Assembly (NCBI GenBank): GCA_964420415.1
Contig: CAYQTH010000001.1
Location: 5,565 to 69,564, forward strand
Source of the DNA: an uncultured Macromonas sp.
Lineage (GTDB): Bacteria; Pseudomonadota; Gammaproteobacteria; Burkholderiales; Burkholderiaceae_C
Direction: 5' to 3'
DNA length: 64,000 nucleotides
Shown piece by piece: positions 9,018 to 17,785 of the stretch. The position numbers were made by a program, and so were the translations under genes. How positions within the stretch are numbered: the stretch's first letter is position 1; every line of letters starts with the position of its first letter. The notes below the pieces were generated by a model. The model did no database searches, was not told the origin of the DNA, and saw only the letters and a list, made by a program, of their open reading frames with translations.

Positions 9018-9926
9018 ATGGCATGGAGTGCTGCGGATGTGCCCGATATGGCGGGGCGTGTGGTCTTGGTGACCGGCGCGAATGGCGGGCTGGGTTTTGC
9101 CGCCGCTGAGGTGTTGGCCGGCCGAGGCGCGCAAGTCGTGATGGGCTGCCGCTCTCCCGCCAAGGCGGAAGAGGCGCGTCAGCAGATCATGGCCAAGCAC
9201 CCGCAGGCCGATGTGCGGGTCATGGCACTCGATGTGTCTGAGCTGGGCAGCGTGCGCCGCTTTGCCGAACGCGCACTCGCCGAGTTGCCGCGCCTGGACC
9301 TGCTCATCAACAACGCGGGGGTCATGGCCATTCCCCAGGCGCGCACGGCAGACGGCTTTGAAATGCAGCTGGCCGTGAACCACCTGGGGCACTTTGCTCT
9401 GACCGGCCTGTTGTTGCCCAAGCTGCAGTCCACGCCCGGCAGCCGGGTGGTGGCCATTGCCAGTATCGCGGCCCGTTCCGGGCAGATCGACTTTGACGAT
9501 CTGATGGGCGAACGCCGTTACGACGCCTGGCGTGCCTACAACCAGAGCAAACTGGCCAACCTGATGTTTGGCTTGGAGTTGCAGCGGCGGTTGGCAAAGC
9601 GCGGCGTCGCCACCATGGCGGCGGTGGCGCATCCGGGGGCTTCGCTCACCGGGTTGTTCGACACCCCTGGCGCGGCATTCGCCAAACGGGTCCTGTCGCC
9701 GCTGATGCGCATGTTCTTCCAACCCGCCGAGCAAGGGGTGTTGCCCATTCTGTTCGCGGCGACCTCACCCCAGGCGCAGCCAGGCGGGTACTACGGACCG
9801 TCCAAATGGAACGAAATGAAGGGGCCACCCGCGCCAGCACGCATTCCCAAGCAGGCTTTGGATGAGGCTGTGGCGGCCCGCCTGTGGGACGTGTCTCAGC
9901 AGTTGACGGGTGTGACTTACCTCTGA
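9018..9926 (+). CDS. short-chain dehydrogenase/reductase (SDR)
   Basis: VVLVTGANGGLGFA glycine motif, NNAG and YNQSKLAN (YxxxK). GGAGA RBS. Starts 17 nt after the NMO gene. Confidence 0.9.
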   Translation: MAWSAADVPDMAGRVVLVTGANGGLGFAAAEVLAGRGAQVVMGCRSPAKAEEARQQIMAKHPQADVRVMALDVSELGSVRRFAERALAELPRLDLLINNAGVMAIPQARTADGFEMQLAVNHLGHFALTGLLLPKLQSTPGSRVVAIASIAARSGQIDFDDLMGERRYDAWRAYNQSKLANLMFGLELQRRLAKRGVATMAAVAHPGASLTGLFDTPGAAFAKRVLSPLMRMFFQPAEQGVLPILFAATSPQAQPGGYYGPSKWNEMKGPPAPARIPKQALDEAVAARLWDVSQQLTGVTYL

Positions 9927-9930
9927 TCGG

Positions 9931-10926
9931 TCAGCGGGCCACGAAAGGGGCCAGGCTGGACGATGCAATGCGCAGGTCGGGGTCGGAAGTCAGCCGCTCC
10001 GATAGAAAATCGATAAAGGCCCTCACCTTCAGCGGCAGGTACTCGCGGTGTGGGTACACCACGTGAATTTCGTTGCGTGTCCGCACCCGGTATTCGGGCA
10101 GCAGCAGTTTCAACTTGCCCGAGCGCAGGTGCGGCAGCACCAGATGCAGTGAAAAGAAGGACACCCCCATTCCCAGTGTGACAGCACTGACGGCGGCGTC
10201 GAGCTGTTCCGAAACGGTGATCCGGTTGGGGCGGTGCCGCACTTCCACGGTTTCGGCGTCTGTTTCGGCGACTGCGCCGTGTTGCGGCAAGGTGCCCGTT
10301 TCTGGTGCCCGCTGCAGCTCCACACTCCCCGGCGTCAACCCGGCAATGCCGCAGCCGATCCAGTCGTGTGACACGAGGTCTTCAGGCGCGTGGGGTGTGC
10401 CGTGGCGTTCCAGGTAGTCTGGGCTGGCCACCAGAACCAGCGGTAAATCGCACAGTTTGCGTGACACATAGTTGTGGCTGGACAGCCGTACCCGCCGCAC
10501 AGCGACATCAATGCCCGCCTGGACCAAGTCGAAATCTTCATCGATGAACGCCAGTTCCACCGATATTTTCGGGTAGCGCTTCAGGAACTCGGCCATCAGT
10601 CCCATGAAGTATTCCTTGCCGAAGGAGCTCACCGTGGAAATGTGCAGCACGCCGTTGGGTTCCAGTTGCGCGTCGCGCAGCAGGGCGGCGCCGGAGTCCA
10701 GGGTGTCCAGCCCGGATTTGACCTTGGTCAGGAACAGCTGTCCTTCGCTGGTCAGGTGCAATCGGCGGGTGGTGCGGTTGAACAGCCGTGTGCCCAACTC
10801 TCTTTCCAGCTTGGCGATGCCTTGGCTCACCGCTGCCGGGGACACCCCGAACTGGGCTGCCGTGGCGGTGAAGCTGCTGCCGTCCGCAATTTGTACAAAC
10901 CACCTCAGCACGCCCAGATCATCCAC
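9931..10926 (-). CDS. LysR-family transcriptional regulator
   Basis: N-terminal HTH FTATAAQFGVSPAAVSQGIAKLERELGTRLFNRTTRRLHLTSEG. Divergent from P450 11086. Paralogous by eye to the LysRs at 30991 and 53583 (C-terminal YPHREYLP.KVRAFIDFL). Confidence 0.9.
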   Translation of the reverse strand: MDDLGVLRWFVQIADGSSFTATAAQFGVSPAAVSQGIAKLERELGTRLFNRTTRRLHLTSEGQLFLTKVKSGLDTLDSGAALLRDAQLEPNGVLHISTVSSFGKEYFMGLMAEFLKRYPKISVELAFIDEDFDLVQAGIDVAVRRVRLSSHNYVSRKLCDLPLVLVASPDYLERHGTPHAPEDLVSHDWIGCGIAGLTPGSVELQRAPETGTLPQHGAVAETDAETVEVRHRPNRITVSEQLDAAVSAVTLGMGVSFFSLHLVLPHLRSGKLKLLLPEYRVRTRNEIHVVYPHREYLPLKVRAFIDFLSERLTSDPDLRIASSSLAPFVAR

Positions 10927-10952
10927 GGCCAGTACTCCTCATTTTTAAGCAG

Positions 10953-10965
10953 ATTTTACTAATCA
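10953..10965. promoter_or_regulatory. second copy of the 13-mer ATTTTACTAATCA (LysR/P450 divergent promoter)
   Basis: Exact repeat of 2577..2589, located between the LysR start (10926) and the P450 start (11086). Confidence 0.35.
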
Positions 10966-11085
10966 AATAAGCGAGCGATGCTTTTCGTTAAAGACTTTGT
11001 CTTCTAGACTGCACCCGCGTCCACAACATGGCCGATGGAAGGCTGAGTGGTCAGTTTGTTTATCGATTCTCACAGGAGACAGTGC

Positions 11086-12291
11086 ATGGAAGCGACAACC
11101 GTGGCCATTCCGCCCCACGTGCCCAAAGAGCGAGTGGTGGATTTCGACATCTACAACGTGCCGCTGTACCAGGGCGATTACCACCTCGGGCTCAAGCAAC
11201 TGCACAATGAAGGCATCCCGGACATCATCTGGACGCCGCGCAATGGCGGTCACTGGATTGCCACCCGCGGTGAAGACATCTACCACATCTTCAAAGACTA
11301 CCCGAACTTCAGCTCCACAGGTCTGCAGGCCAACCAGCCCAAAGGCGTGCAGTTGCCTCCGATCATGTTCGATCCGCCGGAGCACACCGGTTTCCGTTCC
11401 CTGATCACGCCGGTGTTCACCCCGAAGGCGGTGGAGAACCTGGGCGAACGCGCCCGCGAAACGGCCGTCCAGTTGATTGAGGCTTTCTACGCCAAGGGCG
11501 AGTGCGAATTCATCTCCGAATTTGCGCTGCGTTTGCCGATCGGCATCTTCATGGCGATTGTGGACTTGCCCGACAGCGACCGCGACATGCTCGTCAGCTG
11601 GGCCGACCAGCAAGTGCGTCCTGACAACTTGGACAAGCGCGACCATGGTCTGGAAGAACTGTTCAAGTACGCTGGGCAGAAAATTGTCGAGCGCCGTGCC
11701 AATCCGGGCAAGGACCTGATCAGCGTGCTGGCGCACTCGCAGATCGATGGCAAGCCGATCAGCGACTTCCACCTGCAAAGCTTGGTTGTGATGATCCTGA
11801 TCGGCGGTTTGGACACGGTGGCTTCCATGCTGGGTTTCATTGCCAAATCGCTGGCCGACAACCCGCAGCACCGCAAGCAGTTGATCGAGAACCCCGAGCT
11901 GGTGGGCAAGGCGGCTGACGAGTACATGCGTCGCTTCCCGATCGTGAACCAGGGCCGTACCGTGACGCACGACCTGGAGTACAAGGGCGTGCAAATGAAG
12001 AAGGGCGATCTGATCATGATGCCCACTACTTTGCACGGCCTGGATGACCGCAAGTTCGACCGTCCGCTGGAGATCGACTTCACCCGCCCGACGCCGATCC
12101 ACTCCACCTTCGGCAATGGCCCGCACCGTTGCCCGGGTTCCTTCCTGGCCCGTACCGAACTGCGCGTGTTCATTGAAGAATGGCTCAAGCGCATCCCGGA
12201 TTTCCAGGTCAAGCCGGGTGAGACAGTGGAAGTCCGTGCAGGCGTCAATGCCACCGTCACGCGCTTGCCGTTGGTGTGGGATGTGAAGTAA
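11086..12291 (+). CDS. cytochrome P450, class I P450cam-like
   Basis: Heme loop FGNGPHRCPGSFLAR, I-helix GGLDTVAS and N-terminus PPHVPKERVVDFDIYN. The start was moved from the listed 11047 to ATG 11086, which has an AGGAGA RBS. Confidence 0.92.
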   Translation: MEATTVAIPPHVPKERVVDFDIYNVPLYQGDYHLGLKQLHNEGIPDIIWTPRNGGHWIATRGEDIYHIFKDYPNFSSTGLQANQPKGVQLPPIMFDPPEHTGFRSLITPVFTPKAVENLGERARETAVQLIEAFYAKGECEFISEFALRLPIGIFMAIVDLPDSDRDMLVSWADQQVRPDNLDKRDHGLEELFKYAGQKIVERRANPGKDLISVLAHSQIDGKPISDFHLQSLVVMILIGGLDTVASMLGFIAKSLADNPQHRKQLIENPELVGKAADEYMRRFPIVNQGRTVTHDLEYKGVQMKKGDLIMMPTTLHGLDDRKFDRPLEIDFTRPTPIHSTFGNGPHRCPGSFLARTELRVFIEEWLKRIPDFQVKPGETVEVRAGVNATVTRLPLVWDVK

Positions 12292-12389
12292 CCTCGTACC
12301 CCGAAACAGAAGCCCGTCCTCGGTAGTTTGCCGTGGGCGGGTTATCGCATTGTTGGGCCGCAGGGCGGCCCTAACCTAACTCAGAGGAA

Positions 12390-12827
12390 ATGACCGTCAT
12401 GGACGCATTGGAGCAACGCAAGGAAGTGGGTCGTCAGGTGCTGCGCGACATGTTTGGTGAACAGTTTTTGGCGGGTTTCGAACAGGCCGCCAACTCCACC
12501 GGCTTTGGTGCAAAAACCGCCCGGCTGGCGCTGGAGTTTGCGTTCGCCGAAACCTGGGGCGATGATGCCCTGGAAAAAAAGTACCGCAGCATGGTCACCA
12601 TCGGCGCCCTCATTGCGCTGGGCAAATCGGACGAACTCAAGAACCACGTGCGCGCGGGCCTGAGCAATGGCCTGTCGGTCAAGGAACTGGAAGCGGTGAT
12701 TCTGCAAACCGTGCCGTATGTGGGTTTCCCGGCCGTGGCCCAGGCGCTGGAAGCCAGCATGGCTGTGCTCAAGGAACGCGGCTTGCTGGGTGACACCAAA
12801 ACCGCCAAGGAACGCGGCGTTCTGTGA
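12390..12827 (+). CDS. carboxymuconolactone decarboxylase (CMD/AhpD-like) family protein
   Basis: Typical CMD-family core ...YRSMVTIGALIALGKSDELKNHVRAGLSNGLSVKELEAVILQTVPYVGFPAV. The alternative start ATG 12399 fits the AGAGGA RBS spacing better. Confidence 0.8.
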   Translation: MTVMDALEQRKEVGRQVLRDMFGEQFLAGFEQAANSTGFGAKTARLALEFAFAETWGDDALEKKYRSMVTIGALIALGKSDELKNHVRAGLSNGLSVKELEAVILQTVPYVGFPAVAQALEASMAVLKERGLLGDTKTAKERGVL

Positions 12828-12857
12828 CGCAGCCTAAGTCATAACAGGAGACATTCC

Positions 12858-13811
12858 ATGTCCGATATCCAATTCAACGGCCGTGCGGCCATCATCACTG
12901 GTGCAGGCAATGGCCTGGGCCGTTCTTATGCGCTGGACCTGGCGCGCCGCGGCGCTGCCGTGGTGGTCAACGACATTGGCAAGGAAGCCGCCGACCAGGT
13001 GGTGCAGGAAATCGTGGCCGCTGGCGGCAAAGCCGTGGCCAACTACGATTCCGTGGCGACCCGCCTGGGGGCCGACTCCAACGTGCAGTCTGCGATGGAC
13101 CATTTCGGCCGTATCGACGTGGTGATCAACAACGCAGGCAACCAGGCCAACAACCGTTTCGAAGACATGAGCGACGAGGACTTTGAGTCCGTGCTGGCCG
13201 TTCATGTGAAGGGTGCGTTTGCTTTGACCCAGTCCGCCTACAAGGTGATGATGAAGCAGAACTACGGCCGGGTGCTGTTCACGTCTTCGGCCTCTGGCGT
13301 GTTTGGCCATTTCATCCGTACCAACTACGCCACGGCCAAGGCCGGGTTGATTGGGTTGATGCACTCGGTTTACCTGGAAGGTGCGCGTTACAACATCACC
13401 GCCAATGCGCTGCTGCCGGTGGCGGCCAGTGCCAACACGAAGCTGGGCAAGGTGCCGGCCAATGTGCTGTGGCCGGACTGGGAGCCGCGCATGCCGGAGC
13501 GCCAGCCCGACATGGCCCACCTGGCCGGTGTGATGACCACGGACCACGTGGCCGGACTGGTGACCTACCTGGTCAGCGAGGCTTGCCAGGCCAGTGGCGG
13601 TATCTATTCGGCCGTCGGCGGGCGTTTTTCGCGTGTGTTCTTCGGGGCCACGCCGGGTTGGCTCACCCCCACCACGGCGGCAGCCAGCGCAGAAGACATC
13701 CAGGCCCATTTCGCGCAGATCGAATCGCGCGAAGGGTACGAAGTCTTTCCTTCACTGACCGACGAGATGCTGTCGGTGTGCCGCCGCCGTCAAGCCCTCA
13801 AGGGCAGTTGA
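12858..13811 (+). CDS. SDR, MFE-2/Hsd4-type (3-hydroxyacyl-CoA dehydrogenase-like)
   Basis: FNGRAAIITGAGNGLGRSYALDLARRGAAVVVNDIG is the N-terminal signature of multifunctional-enzyme-2-type dehydrogenases. YATAKAG (YxxxK). AGGAGA RBS. Confidence 0.85.
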   Translation: MSDIQFNGRAAIITGAGNGLGRSYALDLARRGAAVVVNDIGKEAADQVVQEIVAAGGKAVANYDSVATRLGADSNVQSAMDHFGRIDVVINNAGNQANNRFEDMSDEDFESVLAVHVKGAFALTQSAYKVMMKQNYGRVLFTSSASGVFGHFIRTNYATAKAGLIGLMHSVYLEGARYNITANALLPVAASANTKLGKVPANVLWPDWEPRMPERQPDMAHLAGVMTTDHVAGLVTYLVSEACQASGGIYSAVGGRFSRVFFGATPGWLTPTTAAASAEDIQAHFAQIESREGYEVFPSLTDEMLSVCRRRQALKGS

Positions 13812-13827
13812 GACGTATCGCCATTGG

Positions 13828-13857
13828 GCCGCACCCAGGCAAGGGTGCGGCTCTTTG
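13828..13857 (+). terminator. hairpin terminator between convergent SDR and LysR genes
   Basis: 9-bp stem GCCGCACCC/GGGTGCGGC followed by TCTTTGG. The U-tract is weak. Confidence 0.5.
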
Positions 13858-13870
13858 GCGAGTCAACGGG

Positions 13871-14800
13871 TCAAGCCTGTCGAGCGGCCGACAGCGCTTG
13901 CACAAATGCGTTCAAGATGGGGTTGCTGCTGCGTGGGCTCCAGATCGCCAGCAACTCACTTTGCAGGTAGTCAGGCATATCCCGCACCGGTAACAGCCTG
14001 ACTCCCGACGGGCATATGTGCTGTGCTAACTCGATCACCAGCGCGACGCCCCAACCGTGGTTCACCAAGGACAGGATGGGCGCCAGTTGCCAGACCTCAT
14101 GGGCCACTTTGGGTTGGAAGCCCGCTTGGTTGCAGGCCATCTGAATGGCCGCGTGCATGGCTGGTGCGCGCCGGGTGTCGAAAGACAAGAAGGGGTGGTT
14201 TGCCAGCTCGACCAGTTGGATGTCAGGCTTGTTCCCCAGGGGGGAGTCTTTGGACACGGCAGCCAGGAACCGTGTTTCCAGTAACACGCGGGTGTTCAGA
14301 GCCTCCAGACCCTCCCTGTCCCCCTTGAGGCGGAACAGCAGGCAAATGTCCAGATCACCGCGGTGCAGTGCTTCGTCTTGTGCATCGCTCTGTAATTCAG
14401 ACAGGCGAATCTGCACGTGCGGGTATTGCTGGCGGAAAACCGCCAGTGCCTTGGGAAGCACGTCAAAAATGGCCGGGGTGCTGAAGCCGATGCGAAGGAC
14501 AGGGGATTCGTTGCGTGCGGCGGCCTCCACGGCGGAGACGGTGCGTGCAATTTGACCGAACAGTGCATCCGCCTCGGCCAGAAGAACGGCACCCGCTGGC
14601 GTCAGTTTCACCACGCGTTTGGTGCGGTCAAACAGCGCTGCGCCCATGTGTTCCTCAAGCCGCTGCAAAGAGCGGCTCAAGGACGACTGGTTCATGCCCA
14701 AGATTTCTGCGGCGCGGCCAAAGTGCAGCTCGCGCGCCAGGCAGACGAAATGCCGCAACTCCTCCAGGTTGAGTTTGGCGGGTGGGAGAAGTGCAGTCAT
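13871..14800 (-). CDS. LysR-family transcriptional regulator
   Basis: HTH ...FVCLARELHFGRAAEILGMNQSSLSRSLQRLEEHMGAALFDRTKRVVKLTPAG followed by a LysR substrate-binding domain. Confidence 0.9.
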   Translation of the reverse strand: MTALLPPAKLNLEELRHFVCLARELHFGRAAEILGMNQSSLSRSLQRLEEHMGAALFDRTKRVVKLTPAGAVLLAEADALFGQIARTVSAVEAAARNESPVLRIGFSTPAIFDVLPKALAVFRQQYPHVQIRLSELQSDAQDEALHRGDLDICLLFRLKGDREGLEALNTRVLLETRFLAAVSKDSPLGNKPDIQLVELANHPFLSFDTRRAPAMHAAIQMACNQAGFQPKVAHEVWQLAPILSLVNHGWGVALVIELAQHICPSGVRLLPVRDMPDYLQSELLAIWSPRSSNPILNAFVQALSAARQA

Positions 14801-14859
14801 TTGTTGCCAGTCATTCAGGGCACGAATCGTGTGCAGGACGGCGCGCAGCGCGTTTGGAT

Positions 14860-15741
14860 TTAAACGTTGGGGTAAATTTCCGGGTTCATGGAGCGGCCGG
14901 CCGCAAATGAACTGCCGAACTCCTGCGCCCCAGTCATGTCATCCAGCGCGGGCCAGCAGGCATCCACGTCTTCGTTGTGGATTTCCTGGTGTTGGCCACC
15001 CACAATCTGCACCCGGCGCACGCGCCCACAGCCGGCGTGCAGAATCAAACCCGAGCGTTGGCAACGATCGCTCACCAGCCAGCCCACCACTGGCGCTACT
15101 TTCTCGGAAGACATGAATTCCTCAAACTTGGGGTCGATGTGGGCGCGGGCCATGTCGGTGTACCCGGCAGGAGAAATCATGTTAAAGCGGATGTCTTTGT
15201 CGGCCGGGACGTCCAGCGCCAAGGAACGCATGAACCCGATCAGTGCCGACCGGGAGGCGCCGTAGTAAGCCGATTGCGCTTGACCAAAGAGCCCGGCTGT
15301 GGACAAGGTGGTCACAATCCGCCCGTAGCCGGTTTGGGCCATGTGCGGCAACGCGGCCAGTACCGGGTAGGTGGAGCCCCAAAAGTTGATGTCCATGACC
15401 CGGTGGAATTCCGCCGCCGAGAGCTGGTCATACGGTGCAGGCGACGTGATGCCGGCGTTGCACACCACCGCATCCAGGCGCCCCCAGGTGTCTAACGCGG
15501 CCTGGACCATGGCCTGCCCGCCTTCTTCCGTCTCTACGGCATGTCCGTCGGCCACGGCTTGCCCGCCTGCGGCCCGGATTTCATCCACCACGGCTTGAGC
15601 CGATGACGGCCGGTCCGGATGCACGCGGTTGTTCACCACCACACATGCACCGTGCTGCGCCAGCCAGAGCGCATACGCCCGCCCCAGACCTTTGCCTGCA
15701 CCAGTCACCAGTACGACTTTTCCATCTAAGCGTGTGTTCAT
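14860..15741 (-). CDS. SDR, MFE-2/Hsd4-type
   Basis: MNTRLDGKVVLVTGAGKGLGRAYALWLAQHGACVVVNN and YGASRSA. The start was moved from the listed 15837 to ATG 15741, since the upstream extension runs into an AT-rich promoter. Confidence 0.85.
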   Translation of the reverse strand: MNTRLDGKVVLVTGAGKGLGRAYALWLAQHGACVVVNNRVHPDRPSSAQAVVDEIRAAGGQAVADGHAVETEEGGQAMVQAALDTWGRLDAVVCNAGITSPAPYDQLSAAEFHRVMDINFWGSTYPVLAALPHMAQTGYGRIVTTLSTAGLFGQAQSAYYGASRSALIGFMRSLALDVPADKDIRFNMISPAGYTDMARAHIDPKFEEFMSSEKVAPVVGWLVSDRCQRSGLILHAGCGRVRRVQIVGGQHQEIHNEDVDACWPALDDMTGAQEFGSSFAAGRSMNPEIYPNV

Positions 15742-15790
15742 TTCTCGTTCCAAATAGGGGTGGCCACCAGGGCCATTGGGTTGCTGTGTT

Positions 15791-15845
15791 TTTAATGCAT
15801 TAAATACATCAATAAATGATATTAATGTATTGGACATGCATTAAT
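15791..15845. promoter_or_regulatory. palindrome/repeat cluster in the divergent SDR-SDR promoter
   Basis: There is a 14-bp perfect palindrome TTTAATGCATTAAA (15791..15804). An inverted repeat AATACAT/ATGTATT lies at 15803..15809 and 15825..15831. The 9-mer ATGCATTAA is repeated directly at 15795 and 15836. This is the most AT-rich spot in the window. Confidence 0.45.
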
Positions 15846-15893
15846 CACATTGTTAGGATTGAGGCGTTAAAAGTCAACAACAAAGGAGTCGGC

Positions 15894-16859
15894 ATGAGCG
15901 CTGTTAATTTCGCGGGGCAGGTGGCCATCGTGACGGGTGCGGCCAGTGGCATTGGCTATGCCATTGCGCGTGAACTGGCCTTGCGCGGGGCCAGTTTGCT
16001 GGTCAATGACTATGGCGGCGACACCTACGGCTCCACGGGCACTTCGGCGCGCGCCGAACAGGCTGCTGCCGAGTTCCGGGCCCTGGGGGCGCAGGCCGTG
16101 GCGAATGGCACCCCTGTGGGCACCGCCGCTTCAGCACGCGAAATCGTGGCGGCGGCAGTGGCCGCTTTTGGCCGGGTGGACATGCTGGTCAACAACGCCG
16201 GTATTGCCCTTCCGGGACTCATCACGGACTACAGCGATGAGCAGCTGCAAGGTATTTTCAACACCAACCTGTTTGGCCCCTACGCGCTGGTGCGCGCGGT
16301 CTGGCCCATCATGCGCGAGCAGGGGTACGGGCGCATCCTCAACACCTCGTCTAACTCGTCTTTCGGCATTGGTGCCAACGCGCCTTACAGCGCCACCAAA
16401 GCCGGGTTGTTGGGCCTGACGCTGGATGCCGCCATTGAAGGCAAGCCGCACGGCATCCACGTGAACGCGATGATGCCAACGGCCTTGACGCGCATGATTG
16501 AGCAGATTCCAGATGCCAACTTTGTGGCATGGTTCCGGCGCCATTTTCCGGCCAGCAAGGTGGCGGCAGGCATCCTGCCTTTGCTGGCGCGTGATTGTTC
16601 TGTGACAGGGCGCATCTACGCCGTAGGAGGCGGTCGTGTCGCACGGGTCGCGTTCACCGAGGCGCAAGGCTGGGTGGATACCGACATCACGCCCGAATCG
16701 ATGGCGGCGCATGTGGCCGAGATCGAGGACATGCGCCAGGCTGTGGTGCTGGACACTCAGGAGCAGTCCATGGCCATGTTCACGGAGCTGTTCCCGTACG
16801 GAGGGGGCGTGCCGTTCCTGGACCAGGAAGCGGTGGTTGGCTCAGGGAAAGACCAATGA
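15894..16859 (+). CDS. SDR, MFE-2/Hsd4-type
   Basis: MSAVNFAGQVAIVTGAASGIGYAIARELALRGASLLVNDYGG and YSATKAG. The start was moved from the listed 15816 to ATG 15894, which has an AAGGAG RBS. Confidence 0.88.
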   Translation: MSAVNFAGQVAIVTGAASGIGYAIARELALRGASLLVNDYGGDTYGSTGTSARAEQAAAEFRALGAQAVANGTPVGTAASAREIVAAAVAAFGRVDMLVNNAGIALPGLITDYSDEQLQGIFNTNLFGPYALVRAVWPIMREQGYGRILNTSSNSSFGIGANAPYSATKAGLLGLTLDAAIEGKPHGIHVNAMMPTALTRMIEQIPDANFVAWFRRHFPASKVAAGILPLLARDCSVTGRIYAVGGGRVARVAFTEAQGWVDTDITPESMAAHVAEIEDMRQAVVLDTQEQSMAMFTELFPYGGGVPFLDQEAVVGSGKDQ

Positions 16860-17716
16860 ACGGGACAACGCAGGCCCAGCGCTGGGGGGATGTGAGCTAC
16901 TACCTAGACGGCGAAGTGGCTGTGGTGGTCATGGACAATCCGCCCGTCAACGGCCTGGGGCTGGGGGTGCGGCAAGGTTTGGTGGCGGCTTTCACGGAAG
17001 CGCGCCGCGATCCGGTGGTGCGAGCCATCGTGCTGTGCGGGGCTGGCCGGGGTTTCTCGGCTGGGGGGGACATCCGCGAATTCGGCACGCCGGCGGCTAC
17101 AGCGGCCCCGGCGTTGTCCTTGCACGTGCACCCGGTCATTGAAGGCAGTGAAAAGCCGGTGGTGGCGGCATTGCACGGCATGGCCGTGGGCGGTGGGTTG
17201 GAAACCGCCTTGGTGTGCCATTACCGTGTGGCGGCAGCCGACACCAAGGTAGGGTTGCCCGAACTGAAGCTGGGCGTGATTCCGCTGTCCGGCACCCAGC
17301 GCCTGCCGCGCGTGATGGGCTTGGCCGCAGCCATCGACTTCATCCTCGGTGGTGAATTGCAACGTGCCCGTGAGCTGTCTGAATATGCTTTGTTTGACGC
17401 AGTCGTCGAAGCCGATGCCGAGCAGGTGCTGGCTGCGGCGATTGCACTGGCCCGCCAGAAAGCTGGGGTTCACCCCTTGCCGTTGATCCGGCACCGCCCA
17501 GTGCCCGACGCTGTGCCCGACGCCGTCCTGGCGGCTGCGCGTGCCGCACTGGCGCCCGACCAGGTCATGGCCCGCGAAGCCCTGACGGCGATGGCGGCAT
17601 CGGTCGAGTCGGTCGATTTTGAAGCGGGCATGGCGGTGGCGCGTGCCGTTTACGACCGGCTGGTGGCTTCGGATGAAGTGCGCAAACAGCGGGACCGTTT
17701 CTTCGCCAAGTCCTGA
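16856..17716 (+). CDS. enoyl-CoA hydratase/isomerase (crotonase) family
   Basis: VLCGAGRGFSAGGDIREF and ALHGMAVGGGLE oxyanion-hole motifs. ATG 16856 overlaps the stop of the upstream SDR (ATGA). The listed ORF start 16595 is an out-of-gene extension. Confidence 0.88.
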   Translation: MNGTTQAQRWGDVSYYLDGEVAVVVMDNPPVNGLGLGVRQGLVAAFTEARRDPVVRAIVLCGAGRGFSAGGDIREFGTPAATAAPALSLHVHPVIEGSEKPVVAALHGMAVGGGLETALVCHYRVAAADTKVGLPELKLGVIPLSGTQRLPRVMGLAAAIDFILGGELQRARELSEYALFDAVVEADAEQVLAAAIALARQKAGVHPLPLIRHRPVPDAVPDAVLAAARAALAPDQVMAREALTAMAASVESVDFEAGMAVARAVYDRLVASDEVRKQRDRFFAKS

Positions 17717-17738
17717 CTTGGGGTGACTAGGAAATTTT

Positions 17739-17773
17739 TCGAACAACCTATTGAAATTCTATAGATCGTTCGA
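17739..17773. promoter_or_regulatory. imperfect inverted repeat upstream of the TetR-OYE pair (candidate TetR operator)
   Basis: TCGAACAACCTAT-N9-ATAGATCGTTCGA, with 11 of 13 positions complementary. It ends 12 nt upstream of the TetR ATG. Confidence 0.45.
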
Positions 17774-17785
17774 TATAGTGCTCCC

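Noticed and set aside
12355-12371. GGGCCGC-agg-GCGGCCC hairpin between the P450 and CMD genes as a terminator or REP element
   Set aside because: The stem is only 7 bp with no T-run. The downstream gene starts 19 nt later with an RBS and is most likely co-transcribed. I did not find further copies that would support a REP family.
16595-16855. Long N-terminal extensions of listed ORFs. Examples are 16595..17716, 21503..22576, 45921..47201, 58085..59320, 33763..35229, 57354..58472, 48841..50238 and 47870..49156
   Set aside because: The extensions run through the preceding gene in another frame and are Arg/Pro/Gly-rich. An internal start with a good RBS, or stop/start coupling, reproduces the normal family N-terminus. 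Coordinates were trimmed accordingly.
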